Shown: positions 10,878 through 19,637 of the stretch, one piece after another
How positions within the stretch are numbered: position 1 is the first letter of the stretch
How the letters are laid out: each line of letters starts with the position of its first letter
Source of the DNA: Candidatus Kerfeldbacteria bacterium
Lineage (GTDB): Bacteria; Patescibacteriota; Patescibacteriia; UBA10025; JAHIVO01
Direction of reading: 5' to 3'
NCBI GenBank assembly: GCA_047946875.1
Contig: CP181398.1
Span: 1,233,329-1,297,328, forward strand
DNA length: 64,000 nucleotides
The notes under the pieces: generated by a model
Told to the model about the DNA's origin: nothing
Databases searched by the model: none
Seen by the model: only the letters and a program-made list of their open reading frames with translations
Position numbers and translations under genes: made by a program

Positions 10878-10915
10878 AGGGGAAAGGTGGCAGGAAGTTT
10901 TTAGACTTCCTGCCG
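10878..10915 (-). terminator. conserved 3' hairpin, copy 1
   Basis: ggcaggaagt/acttcctgcc stem plus acctttcccc on the minus strand, 9 nt after the stop of ORF 10925-11227. Confidence 0.6.
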
Positions 10916-10924
10916 ATATTGTTT

Positions 10925-11227
10925 TCAAACGATGGATACGGTACCGATCTGTAGCTCTGGATCGTATATAATATCTACCATGAAGCGTTCATCTACATCG
11001 TCGGAAAATAATCCTCCACCGGTATATACAGCATGTATGACGAACTGTGAAGAATCGGGATGGATAAGCGAGGATGAAATTGAACCTATTGTAAACTGTT
11101 CCCAAATAAATTTGCGGGAACGACCATCATCCTCCGCTTTGCAATTTAGAGGATATCCATTCCACAGCGCTATGCCTAAAGAAATTAAATCAGGACCCTC
11201 GAATATATTGATTGTAGGAATAGTCAT
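10925..11227 (-). CDS. hypothetical protein
   Basis: 100-aa ORF with AAAGGA upstream and a downstream hairpin. Confidence 0.6.
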   Translation of the reverse strand: MTIPTINIFEGPDLISLGIALWNGYPLNCKAEDDGRSRKFIWEQFTIGSISSSLIHPDSSQFVIHAVYTGGGLFSDDVDERFMVDIIYDPELQIGTVSIV

Positions 11228-11296
11228 GATGTATCCTTTCGTTTTATAAAAGTTCTATGTTTTACTTTTTCTCTATTGTCCATAACTATGAACCTC

Positions 11297-11335
11297 AGGG
11301 AAAAGGTGGCAGAGAGGTTTCAAGTCTCTCTGCCG
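11297..11335 (-). terminator. conserved 3' hairpin, copy 2
   Basis: ggcagagag/ctctctgcc stem plus accttttccc, 7 nt after the stop of ORF 11343-11966. Confidence 0.6.
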
Positions 11336-11342
11336 TGAAGAT

Positions 11343-11966
11343 TTAGAAGTTGATCAGTCCGCGGAGCGAGATTTGGTTGTAAGCACCGGGCTGATAATGA
11401 CGCTGACAGGCGGCCATCATTACGAATTTGCCATTCTTGAATGGCACTTTGATGTGTCCACCAATACTCAGGTTGTCCGGAGCGTCGAGAATATGGTCAT
11501 TCTCAATTTCCGCACCGACCACCAACGGTATAGGTAAGCTGTAATCAGCTTCCAGATACAAATAGAAGTAATCGTTGTCCGGTACGTACTCCACATTACC
11601 CCACAAGCAGAACTGCTTAGTGATGTTTAGTGAAGCACGGATGTCAGCGATGAAATGACCCTTTTTTTCGATTAGAGTGTCATTTACCGGTTCATTGACT
11701 ACCAACAGGCCGCCCATGGCTTCGACCGACCATCTTTTTGCATCGTAGCGAGGTCCGACAACTGCCAGATAGGTGCTTGATCCGGGATTCGGCAGGACGG
11801 TCCAACCAGCGATACTCACGTTTGAGTTGTCGTTGATTTTTGTCACACTATGCATAAGAAGCTTGGTAGTGTACTTAGGGCTGGCTGCAAATCCATTAGC
11901 GGTCCACAGCAGGGCGACGATCAGAATTAAGATCATCATTACGATGGTTTGACGTTGTTGATGCAT
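11343..11966 (-). CDS. secreted protein, beta-barrel-like
   Basis: signal peptide, amphipathic beta-strand pattern, C-terminal Phe (QISLRGLINF), AAGGAG SD and visibly higher GC. Confidence 0.7.
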   Translation of the reverse strand: MHQQRQTIVMMILILIVALLWTANGFAASPKYTTKLLMHSVTKINDNSNVSIAGWTVLPNPGSSTYLAVVGPRYDAKRWSVEAMGGLLVVNEPVNDTLIEKKGHFIADIRASLNITKQFCLWGNVEYVPDNDYFYLYLEADYSLPIPLVVGAEIENDHILDAPDNLSIGGHIKVPFKNGKFVMMAACQRHYQPGAYNQISLRGLINF

Positions 11967-12175
11967 GTTTCAACTCCTTGGTTTAGTTTTAAAGAACGTT
12001 TAGTTGTTTTTTTAGAGAAATTACTGTTATATCTTATTGCAATTACTAAAATGCCTAATTTCTATTATTAGGAGAGAATTTGGTAATAAGTAGCAAATTA
12101 TCCAATATTACTAGATAAATTACTGTTTAATTACTCTCTCCTCAAAAAGTAACTGTATGGTGAAATAGTAAGTGC

Positions 12176-12250
12176 TTGACTATAACAATCAATCATATAT
12201 CATTATAGATGAGTGGCAAATATCACCACATGGTGATAAATACCACCACA
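12176..12250 (+). promoter_or_regulatory. promoter and operator-like repeats of the TrmB pair
   Basis: TTGACT-N16-TATCAT followed by inverted repeat tatcacca-ca-tggtgata (12221-12238). Confidence 0.5.
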
Positions 12251-12270
12251 TACTATCCCCTTTTGATTTT

Positions 12271-13035
12271 ATGTATACAGATGTTCTCCAGCAGATAGGT
12301 TTGTCAAAAAACGAAGCAAAAATTTATGAAGCTTTGCTTTCTTTGGGACCTTCAAATATTTCCTCAATATCAAGCGTAGGAAAAGTTAATAGGAGAAATG
12401 TTTATGACTCAATGAATAATTTGTTGAAGCGTAATCTTGTTATTGTATTGAGAGATACGAAGGGAAAATTATATAAAGCTGCAGAACCGAAAAGGTTGAA
12501 CGAAATGTTGCAATCACAGAAACAAAAAATATCAAAAATACTTCCTACTATAAAAAGTTTATACAATACAAAACTTCCCGCGGAGCAGGCATACATAACA
12601 AGAGGTGTGGAAGGAACAAAAAATTTTTGGAATTTTGTAATGTCCCAAGATGGACCTGTGTTATTTATTGGAGGGAAGGGAGCTTGGCACGATAAGGATC
12701 TTGAAGATGAAAGAAAAAATTATTTTAAAACTTGTAAAATAAAAGGAATAGAAATAAAAGGATTGTTTGACCATATAGTTTATCAAAATCAGAAGGAAGT
12801 TTATTCGGAATACAATCCGGAACATATAAGGTTTTTCCCGAAGGATTACTCAACTAGCGCTTCAATAGATATTTGTGCGGATAGGGTTATAATGTTTCCA
12901 ATGCCAAAGGAAAAAACCGTTCAAAATACGACCATATTTAACATAGTCAGTCAGCCATTAGCAGACTCATACAGAAAATGGTTTGATCATTTATGGGAAA
13001 ATGCAATACCAACTAATGAAATGAAGAATGGATAA
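12271..13035 (+). CDS. TrmB-family transcriptional regulator
   Basis: LQQIGLSKNEAKIYEALL...VNRRNVYDSMNNLLKRNLV wHTH and a TrmB-like C-terminal domain; start at ATG 12271. Confidence 0.88.
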   Translation: MYTDVLQQIGLSKNEAKIYEALLSLGPSNISSISSVGKVNRRNVYDSMNNLLKRNLVIVLRDTKGKLYKAAEPKRLNEMLQSQKQKISKILPTIKSLYNTKLPAEQAYITRGVEGTKNFWNFVMSQDGPVLFIGGKGAWHDKDLEDERKNYFKTCKIKGIEIKGLFDHIVYQNQKEVYSEYNPEHIRFFPKDYSTSASIDICADRVIMFPMPKEKTVQNTTIFNIVSQPLADSYRKWFDHLWENAIPTNEMKNG

Positions 13036-13783
13036 ACAAATAGTACAAATATTAGACGACGTTGGATTGACAAGCAGTGAAGCTAGGGTGTATTTAGCAA
13101 TTTTGGAGCTTGGAAAAACAAACGTATCCAATGTTGCAAAAAAAACTTTGATAAACAGAAGGAATGTTTATGATACTTTAAGTACTCTATTGGATAAGGG
13201 TTTAATTTTCCAAATTGTTGGGGATAAAGAAGGGGTATACGCAGGAGTTGATCCTGATAAATTGATAGAATTAATACAATCAAAAGAAGTATCCTTGGAA
13301 TCAGTAATGACATCCATGGAAAGGGATTATGAAACAAAGAAGGAAAGTGAACGAGCAGTAATTTATAAAGGGATTGAAGGTTTTAAAAGTTATATGGAGG
13401 ATATTTTGGAAACCAGAGAAGATATTTATTGTCTTGGGGCAAAAGGTGGTTGGGCATACGAAGGACTTGGTGAATTTAAAGATTGGTTTGAAAAAGAAAG
13501 AATAAAGCGAAAAATAAAGGTATATAACTTATACGATAGTGAAATGAAAAAGTATTTAAAGGGCAAAAAGCCAATGTATGATATTTTTTCAGAACATAAG
13601 TTTTTACCCGAGAAGTACTCAACAGATTCAGCAATGGATGTTTTTGGGAGCAGTGTGGTTACGTTTACAGGACTTGCCCCGGAGATAGTAAATGATGATG
13701 TTACGTTGTTTGTTTTAGTAAGCAAGGAAGTATCGGAGTCTTGGAAAACATGGTTTAAATTTCTTTGGGATAACAGTAAATAA
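13028..13783 (+). CDS. TrmB-family transcriptional regulator (tandem paralog)
   Basis: GLTSSEARVYLAIL...INRRNVYDTLSTLLDKGLI, YKGIEG and FKFLW motifs. Confidence 0.9.
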   Translation: MDKQIVQILDDVGLTSSEARVYLAILELGKTNVSNVAKKTLINRRNVYDTLSTLLDKGLIFQIVGDKEGVYAGVDPDKLIELIQSKEVSLESVMTSMERDYETKKESERAVIYKGIEGFKSYMEDILETREDIYCLGAKGGWAYEGLGEFKDWFEKERIKRKIKVYNLYDSEMKKYLKGKKPMYDIFSEHKFLPEKYSTDSAMDVFGSSVVTFTGLAPEIVNDDVTLFVLVSKEVSESWKTWFKFLWDNSK

Positions 13784-13811
13784 AAACCCCGTATATAATA
13801 CGAGGTTTTTT
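13782..13811. terminator. bidirectional terminator
   Basis: aaaaaccccgtat...atacgaggtttttt between convergent genes. Confidence 0.7.
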
Positions 13812-13829
13812 ATATAAAATGTAATAATT

Positions 13830-14111
13830 TTATTTATTCTTTAAAGCGTCTTTGAGTGATTTACCAGCTTTGAATTTTGGTACAGTAACTGCGGGTATTT
13901 GAATTCTTTCGGAAGGTTTTTGTGGGTTGACACCAGCTCTTGCAGATCGCTCTTTAGCACTAAAAGTACCAAATCCAGTCAAAGTAACTTCTTGACCTTC
14001 TTTTAAGCTATTGGTAATAATTTCAAGCATTGATTCTAGCATATCTTCTGATTGCTTTTTAGAAATACCAATTTTCTCTGCGATATTATTTATTAATTCT
14101 GCTTTGTTCAT
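13830..14111 (-). CDS. hup: DNA-binding protein HU
   Basis: MNKAELI, GFGTF, RAGVNPQ and PKFKAGKSLK motifs. Confidence 0.96.
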   Translation of the reverse strand: MNKAELINNIAEKIGISKKQSEDMLESMLEIITNSLKEGQEVTLTGFGTFSAKERSARAGVNPQKPSERIQIPAVTVPKFKAGKSLKDALKNK

Positions 14112-14153
14112 TGTGTCACCCCCTCTCTTAAATTAGTTAAGTTAGTTAATATA

Positions 14154-14966
14154 TTATACATTAATTTCTTTGTAAATTCTAGTGATATTGGTAGATTTTC
14201 TGGTGGTCGAATCTATAGTAATAAGTGTTGCGTTAATAGCACATAAGCCTGTATCAGAGATGTCATGAGCCTTGGTTTCTGGAGCAGTAAAATTATGTAG
14301 AATAATGTCTTTATCAATACCGATTATAGAATCTCTTAATCCATTCATACCGACGTCTGATTGGTAAGCAGTGCCATTGGGCAAGATTTTGCTATCAGCA
14401 GTCGTGACATGTGTATGTGTTCCAAGTACAGCTGAAACTCGTCCATCTAGATGCCAACCAAAGGCTACCTTTTCAGATGTAGCTTCAGCATGGAAGTCTA
14501 CAAAAATTCCAGCCAATTCATCAACATTTACATCAGCCAATATCTGATCAATTTTTTTGAAAGGATTAGATAGGTCATCTTCAATAAATACTTGTCCATG
14601 CATGTTGATGATCATAAAAGATTTGGTACCCACTAAAATAGTTTTATATCCTTTGCCTGGTGAATCATCAGGATAATTTGCCGGTCTGATAATTGGCATG
14701 TCTGGATTATCTAATATTTCATAAGCTGCAGGTTTACCCCAAATATGATTACCAGAAGTAAAGAAATCAATTTCTGCTTCTAGCATTTGGTCGATTGTTT
14801 TTTGAGTTATACCAATCCCATGTGCTAAGTTTTCAACATTAGCAATTATTAAGTCAGGTTTTAATTCTTTTTTTAATTCAGGGATAATTTTAGTTACAGC
14901 TTTGCGACCTGGCTTACCAACAATATCCCCAAAAAATAGAATTTTAATTTCTTTATTATCTGGCAT
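14154..14966 (-). CDS. ymdB: YmdB-like metallophosphoesterase
   Basis: FGDIVGKPGR, SGNH, RPANYP, DFHAEATSEK and GTHTHV motifs; downstream of rny. Confidence 0.93.
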   Translation of the reverse strand: MPDNKEIKILFFGDIVGKPGRKAVTKIIPELKKELKPDLIIANVENLAHGIGITQKTIDQMLEAEIDFFTSGNHIWGKPAAYEILDNPDMPIIRPANYPDDSPGKGYKTILVGTKSFMIINMHGQVFIEDDLSNPFKKIDQILADVNVDELAGIFVDFHAEATSEKVAFGWHLDGRVSAVLGTHTHVTTADSKILPNGTAYQSDVGMNGLRDSIIGIDKDIILHNFTAPETKAHDISDTGLCAINATLITIDSTTRKSTNITRIYKEINV

Positions 14967-16485
14967 ATTCTATTACTCTTTTTTCTCTAATAACGTTAAC
15001 TTTAATTTCACCAGGATATTTGAGCTCTTCTTCAATCTTCCTAGCAATATTTTTTGCAAGGTTAATAGCACCTAGATCATCAATTTTTTCTGGTATAACA
15101 AATACTCTTACCTCGCGTCCAGCTTGAATAGCATATGTTTTTTCAACACCTTCGAAACCTTTTGCTAGGTCTTCTAGCTCGTTTAATCTTTGTAAATATT
15201 GCTCATAGGTATCTTTACGGGCGCCAGGTCTAGCACCAGAGATGGCATCAGCTACTTTAACAATTAAAGTTTCGATACTTGGCACTTCATCATCATGATG
15301 ATAAGCAATACAGTTAATAACATTCTCAGAAAGTTTAAACTTCTTACCAATATCATGACCAATCTCAGGGTGAGTTCCTTGGATTTCATGATCTACTGCT
15401 TTACCAATGTCATGTAAGAAACCACCTTTTTTTGCTTCTGCCACATTTGCACCAAGCTCTTGGGCAAGTAAGGCTGACAAGTGAGCAACCTCGATTGAGT
15501 GACGTAATATGTTTTGACCATAGCTGGTACGATATTTTAAACGTCCAATTATTTGAACTAATTTTGGGTCCAGACCAGCAATACCAACTTCATAAGAAGC
15601 TTCTTCACCAGCTTTTTTCATATCTAGGGCCAGGTCTTTTTTGGCGTCTTCAATAGTTTCTTCTATTCTGCCTGGATGAATTCTCCCATCCTGGATAAGT
15701 TTTTCTAACGCTCTTTTCGCTAAATGACGTCTGATGGGGCTGAAGCCTGAGATAACAATAGCTTCTGGTGTGTCATCAACGATAATTTCTACACCAGTTA
15801 GATGTTCTAATGTTTTGATATTTCTACCTTCTCTACCAATAATTCTACCTTTCATTTCATCTGATGGCAGAGTAACAACAGTGGTAGTTGTTTCTGCAGT
15901 ATGAGAACTTACACATCGTTGTATTACCCGAGAAAGCATGTTCTTTGATTCTTTTTCAAGTTCTTCATTTGATGTATTTTGTAATTTTTTAATTCTATCG
16001 ACTAATTCATCTTTAATAGTTCTTTCTGTGTTGTCCAGTAGAACTTTTTTAGCTTCTTCTTGAGTTAGAGCGGCTACTTTTTCTAGTTTTGCCATTTGTT
16101 CTTCTTTTATTTTGAGAATTTCTTGCTTAGCTTGTTCTAAGCGATCATTTTTTTCTTGTAATTTTTGTTGCCCGTCCTCTAGATTCAATAATTTTTGATC
16201 AAAAAGATTTTCTCTTTTTTCTAACCTTGATTGTATATGACGTAGCTCTTGTCTTTCTTTTTCCGCTTCACCTTTCGCTTTGTCAATAACATTCATTGCC
16301 TTATCTTTTGCTTCAATCAAAAGATCTTTTTGTTTGTTCTTAGTTTCTACTATTAGCTGTTGAAGTTTTGATTCAGCGGTGTCCATTTGTTGACTGGCCC
16401 ACATTTTTCTTCCCTGCCAACCAACAAGCATTCCTCCCCCAGTTCCTACTACTGCTATTAGTATCCAAATTGTTGATGCATCCAT
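14956..16485 (-). CDS. rny: ribonuclease Y
   Basis: N-terminal TM, coiled coil, KH domain (KGRIIGREGRNI), HD domain (LHDIGK) and YAIQAGRE. Confidence 0.98.
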   Translation of the reverse strand: MDASTIWILIAVVGTGGGMLVGWQGRKMWASQQMDTAESKLQQLIVETKNKQKDLLIEAKDKAMNVIDKAKGEAEKERQELRHIQSRLEKRENLFDQKLLNLEDGQQKLQEKNDRLEQAKQEILKIKEEQMAKLEKVAALTQEEAKKVLLDNTERTIKDELVDRIKKLQNTSNEELEKESKNMLSRVIQRCVSSHTAETTTTVVTLPSDEMKGRIIGREGRNIKTLEHLTGVEIIVDDTPEAIVISGFSPIRRHLAKRALEKLIQDGRIHPGRIEETIEDAKKDLALDMKKAGEEASYEVGIAGLDPKLVQIIGRLKYRTSYGQNILRHSIEVAHLSALLAQELGANVAEAKKGGFLHDIGKAVDHEIQGTHPEIGHDIGKKFKLSENVINCIAYHHDDEVPSIETLIVKVADAISGARPGARKDTYEQYLQRLNELEDLAKGFEGVEKTYAIQAGREVRVFVIPEKIDDLGAINLAKNIARKIEEELKYPGEIKVNVIREKRVIEYAR

Positions 16486-16582
16486 ATGTTTTTATATTTA
16501 TTTATAATTATTAGTACATAAAGTTCGAGTGATCCACATGAGTGGACCCTCGGTAACTTAAGGAATGGTTTGTATTGGGTAG

Positions 16583-17158
16583 TTAGCTGATTATTTTATC
16601 AACAACACCGTATTTTTTTGATTGCTCTGCAGACATAAAGAAGTCTCTGTCAGTATCTTTTCCAATTTTATCAACAGACTGTTTTGTATGTTTGGAGAGA
16701 ATTGCGTTAATACGATCTCTGATTTTAATAATGTGTTCAGCTCTAATTTTGATATCAACTGCCTGTCCCTCTGCGCCACCCATAACTTGATGTAAAAGTA
16801 TTTCTGAATTTGGCAGAGAAAAGCGTTTACCCTTAGCACCTGATGCCAAAAGTACTGCGCCCATTGAGGCTGCTAAACCAACACAAATAGTAGCTACGTC
16901 TGGTTTGATATATTGCATTGTATCGTAAATTGCCAAACCGGCTGAGACGGAGCCACCAGGGGAATTAATATAAATTTTTATATCTTTAGTTTTGTCTTCA
17001 GATTCCAAAAATAAAAGTTGGGCGATAATAGTATTAGCGACCACATCATTTATGGGACTGCCTAAAAATATAATCCTTTCCTTAAGTAACCGAGAATATA
17101 TATCGTAGGCTCGTTCACCGTAGTTTGTTTTTTCTATAACGGTTGGTACGAGTTGCAT
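16583..17158 (-). CDS. clpP: ATP-dependent Clp protease proteolytic subunit
   Basis: [30 protein letters not shown] and DTDRD motifs. Confidence 0.98.
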   Translation of the reverse strand: MQLVPTVIEKTNYGERAYDIYSRLLKERIIFLGSPINDVVANTIIAQLLFLESEDKTKDIKIYINSPGGSVSAGLAIYDTMQYIKPDVATICVGLAASMGAVLLASGAKGKRFSLPNSEILLHQVMGGAEGQAVDIKIRAEHIIKIRDRINAILSKHTKQSVDKIGKDTDRDFFMSAEQSKKYGVVDKIIS

Positions 17159-17188
17159 ACGTCGATTGTTAATTAATTCGTAGTATGC

Positions 17189-17217
17189 ATTATATAACCA
17201 AGTACTATATTTGTCAA
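17189..17217 (-). promoter_or_regulatory. sigma70 promoter of clpP
   Basis: perfect TTGACA-N17-TATAAT on the minus strand. Confidence 0.8.
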
Positions 17218-17245
17218 CTTAGACAAAAAAACGTGTTTTTTGAGC

Positions 17246-17324
17246 AAAAAAAGGACTAAAGAAAGTTTGTCACCTCGATCTACGGGTGTAAATGCACTAT
17301 GGCCGATATTGCTTTCTTTGGCCC
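17246..17324 (-). ncRNA. candidate small structured RNA
   Basis: 13-nt terminal stem GGGCCAAAGAAAG/CUUUCUUUAGUCC enclosing two hairpins, then U7; TATAAT just upstream. Confidence 0.45.
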
Positions 17325-17386
17325 ATATTATTATAGGAACTATATTGTATGTCAAAATATACATGGTTATTTTATTTAACATAAAT

Positions 17387-17416
17387 AAAAAACTAACTTC
17401 TGTGAAGTTAGTTTTT
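17387..17416 (-). terminator. intrinsic terminator
   Basis: aaaaactaacttc-tgt-gaagttagttttt after ORF 17425-18363. Confidence 0.7.
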
Positions 17417-17424
17417 GTGAATGA

Positions 17425-18363
17425 TCAGTATATGAAATGTTGGAGCGGTCCAAGATGTCGGACAACGCCATGTCCATAAAAGTCTGCTATATTTTCATCC
17501 GGATTGTATCCGAGCTGTAATTCCATCTCTTTTTTATCAAAACTGACATAGGGGATTAAGGAATAATGTCCGCTATTTTGCATTCGGGAACGAAATCCAG
17601 ACAGTAACATATTAGGGACACGGACCGTATTCATGAAGCAGGCATAATAAGGCATATAACCAAGGAGTTGTAATCCTTCCCACGACATAAGTTTCCAGCC
17701 ATCTTTGAGCTGACTTTTTACTTCACTAGAAGTAACTCCTTTGTAAGAGGCGCCAACACCATGATGCCAATCTTTTTCCGGTAGCTCAATGACGTTATAT
17801 CCTATAGGCATATCAAGAGCCATCTTGTCGGTACGGAGAAGTTCTTTTTGAAAAAACTTGTCTGTTGCGATTGCACCTTGGTACATCCAACTAATTGTGA
17901 TCCACGCAAGTTGTGCGTTAAGATGAGCGTCTCCAAAATTAAAGATAACAAGAGCGTTTTTTGGCCAACGACCAGATTTTACAGATTTCTTAATTGACTT
18001 TTTGAGCTCGTCCTTCTCTTCGGTTTTGGGCATACTTTTTGTTTTGAGAATCAAATCGACCGCTGTCATACATTTCATGCACATAAGTCCAGCAAATCGA
18101 TTAAATCCCCACATTTGAGTTTGTGGATCAAAGAAAGGGGTGTCTTTTTTACCACTGTAATAGTCAGCGATTTGAGTGATGTAGTACATCTCTTCCAGTA
18201 TTCCCCAAAACATTGCACCACGTAGCAAAAACCTGTCTTTGAATTCATCGAACTCATCTGGATGCATGATCGGTACTTCAACACCAGCTTGAATCCCTAA
18301 ATCCGAAACACTCTTCATCAACAGAGCTCCTAAAGGATCTCCACCTTTGAGTAACTTATTCAT
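17425..18363 (-). CDS. hypothetical protein
   Basis: 312-aa ORF with GGAGG SD, its own upstream TTGACA and its own terminator. Confidence 0.8.
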   Translation of the reverse strand: MNKLLKGGDPLGALLMKSVSDLGIQAGVEVPIMHPDEFDEFKDRFLLRGAMFWGILEEMYYITQIADYYSGKKDTPFFDPQTQMWGFNRFAGLMCMKCMTAVDLILKTKSMPKTEEKDELKKSIKKSVKSGRWPKNALVIFNFGDAHLNAQLAWITISWMYQGAIATDKFFQKELLRTDKMALDMPIGYNVIELPEKDWHHGVGASYKGVTSSEVKSQLKDGWKLMSWEGLQLLGYMPYYACFMNTVRVPNMLLSGFRSRMQNSGHYSLIPYVSFDKKEMELQLGYNPDENIADFYGHGVVRHLGPLQHFIY

Positions 18364-18611
18364 ATTACCTCCAAAATTATAGTATTTATTAAAGTTCTAT
18401 GTTAATTAGTTTATCTTATATTAATAATTGTTAGTGTCAAGTAAAAAGAATCGAGAAGCTTCTTCCTTATAAAGGAGCTTCTCTATCACGAATGTATTCT
18501 ACTTACAAGAATACACCCAAATGCATTTATAATTTATATAGATTATTTATTATTGTTAAGGGTTAATAAAAAACCCATCTGTATAAATGGAGTTAATTAT
18601 TTTTTGGTAGA

Positions 18612-19592
18612 TTATTTAGCAGGAATTACTTTCCAACTATTTTCTTTTTCTTCTAGTTTTCCTTTGATAGTAAATCCAGCGGCTTTTTTATGGCCACCAC
18701 CTCCAAAGAATTTTGCAATTTTTGATACATCTACATTTGACATAGTTGTTCGTAAACTTCCTTTGATAGTTCCGTCTGCTTTTTCACGTAGTACCATAAT
18801 TGCTTTTGCTTTTTCAACACTATTCAAGAAATTTGCAATTCCTTCACTACTTTCATCACTCATTTTTAATTCATCAAAATCTTTCTGAGTTAATACAGTG
18901 GTTATAATACCAGTTTTACTATCTTCTTTGAGTCTTGATAAGGCTCTCCCCCACAATTGTAATTGTGATAGAGATTTATTCTGAAATGCTTTTTGGGTAA
19001 TTTCTTTTACTCTAGCACCATGAGCCATTAACTTTGACGAAACTTCCATTGAAGATGGAGTAGTACTAAGGTTAGAAAAACTACCAGTATCTGTTAAGAT
19101 CCCGGTCAATAGTTGAGTAGCCACATCTTTGTTGAAAGGAATTCTCAAATAATCAATAAAATGAAATATAATTTCGGAAGTTGAAGATGCTTTTGGATGA
19201 ACTAAATTAATGTGTCCATAATTTTGATTTGTTGGATGATGGTCAATATTTATTACTATTGGTAATCCTTTTAATTTTCTAAAGTGAATATCAACTCCAG
19301 CATATTGTAAATCACCTGAATCTAATAATATAACCAAATCATGTTTTCCATCTATGAGAATTTTTTCTTCGTCGGAAATACTATCTACATAAGGAAGAAA
19401 ATCTAAATACTCAGGAATTGGAGACACACAAAATAAATTGTGTTTAATATTGTGATGTTTCAAATAATGGCGCATACCAAGCATAGAACCCAAAGCATCA
19501 CCATCAGGATTTTGGTGAGAAATTACAATTACTTTGTCTGCTTTTTTAATAGTTTCGTCTATCTTATTGAAAAGCTGATAATATTCCATCAT
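18612..19592 (-). CDS. nrnA: DHH-family oligoribonuclease/pAp phosphatase NrnA
   Basis: HQNPDGDALGS, IDHH, TDTG and GGGGHKKAAG motifs; follows rbfA. Confidence 0.93.
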   Translation of the reverse strand: MMEYYQLFNKIDETIKKADKVIVISHQNPDGDALGSMLGMRHYLKHHNIKHNLFCVSPIPEYLDFLPYVDSISDEEKILIDGKHDLVILLDSGDLQYAGVDIHFRKLKGLPIVINIDHHPTNQNYGHINLVHPKASSTSEIIFHFIDYLRIPFNKDVATQLLTGILTDTGSFSNLSTTPSSMEVSSKLMAHGARVKEITQKAFQNKSLSQLQLWGRALSRLKEDSKTGIITTVLTQKDFDELKMSDESSEGIANFLNSVEKAKAIMVLREKADGTIKGSLRTTMSNVDVSKIAKFFGGGGHKKAAGFTIKGKLEEKENSWKVIPAK

Positions 19593-19637
19593 ATGTTACT
19601 TTTTGTCTTTTATTGTTTATATCAATAACAATATAGA

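Noticed and set aside
10932-11249. Plus-strand ORF overlapping 10925-11227
   Set aside because: The minus-strand ORF has the SD, leader motif and downstream hairpin; this one is its shadow
17173-17479. Short ORFs 17173-17382 (-) and 17240-17479 (+)
   Set aside because: They overlap the clpP promoter, a terminator and the structured RNA candidate, and have no SD or recognisable motif
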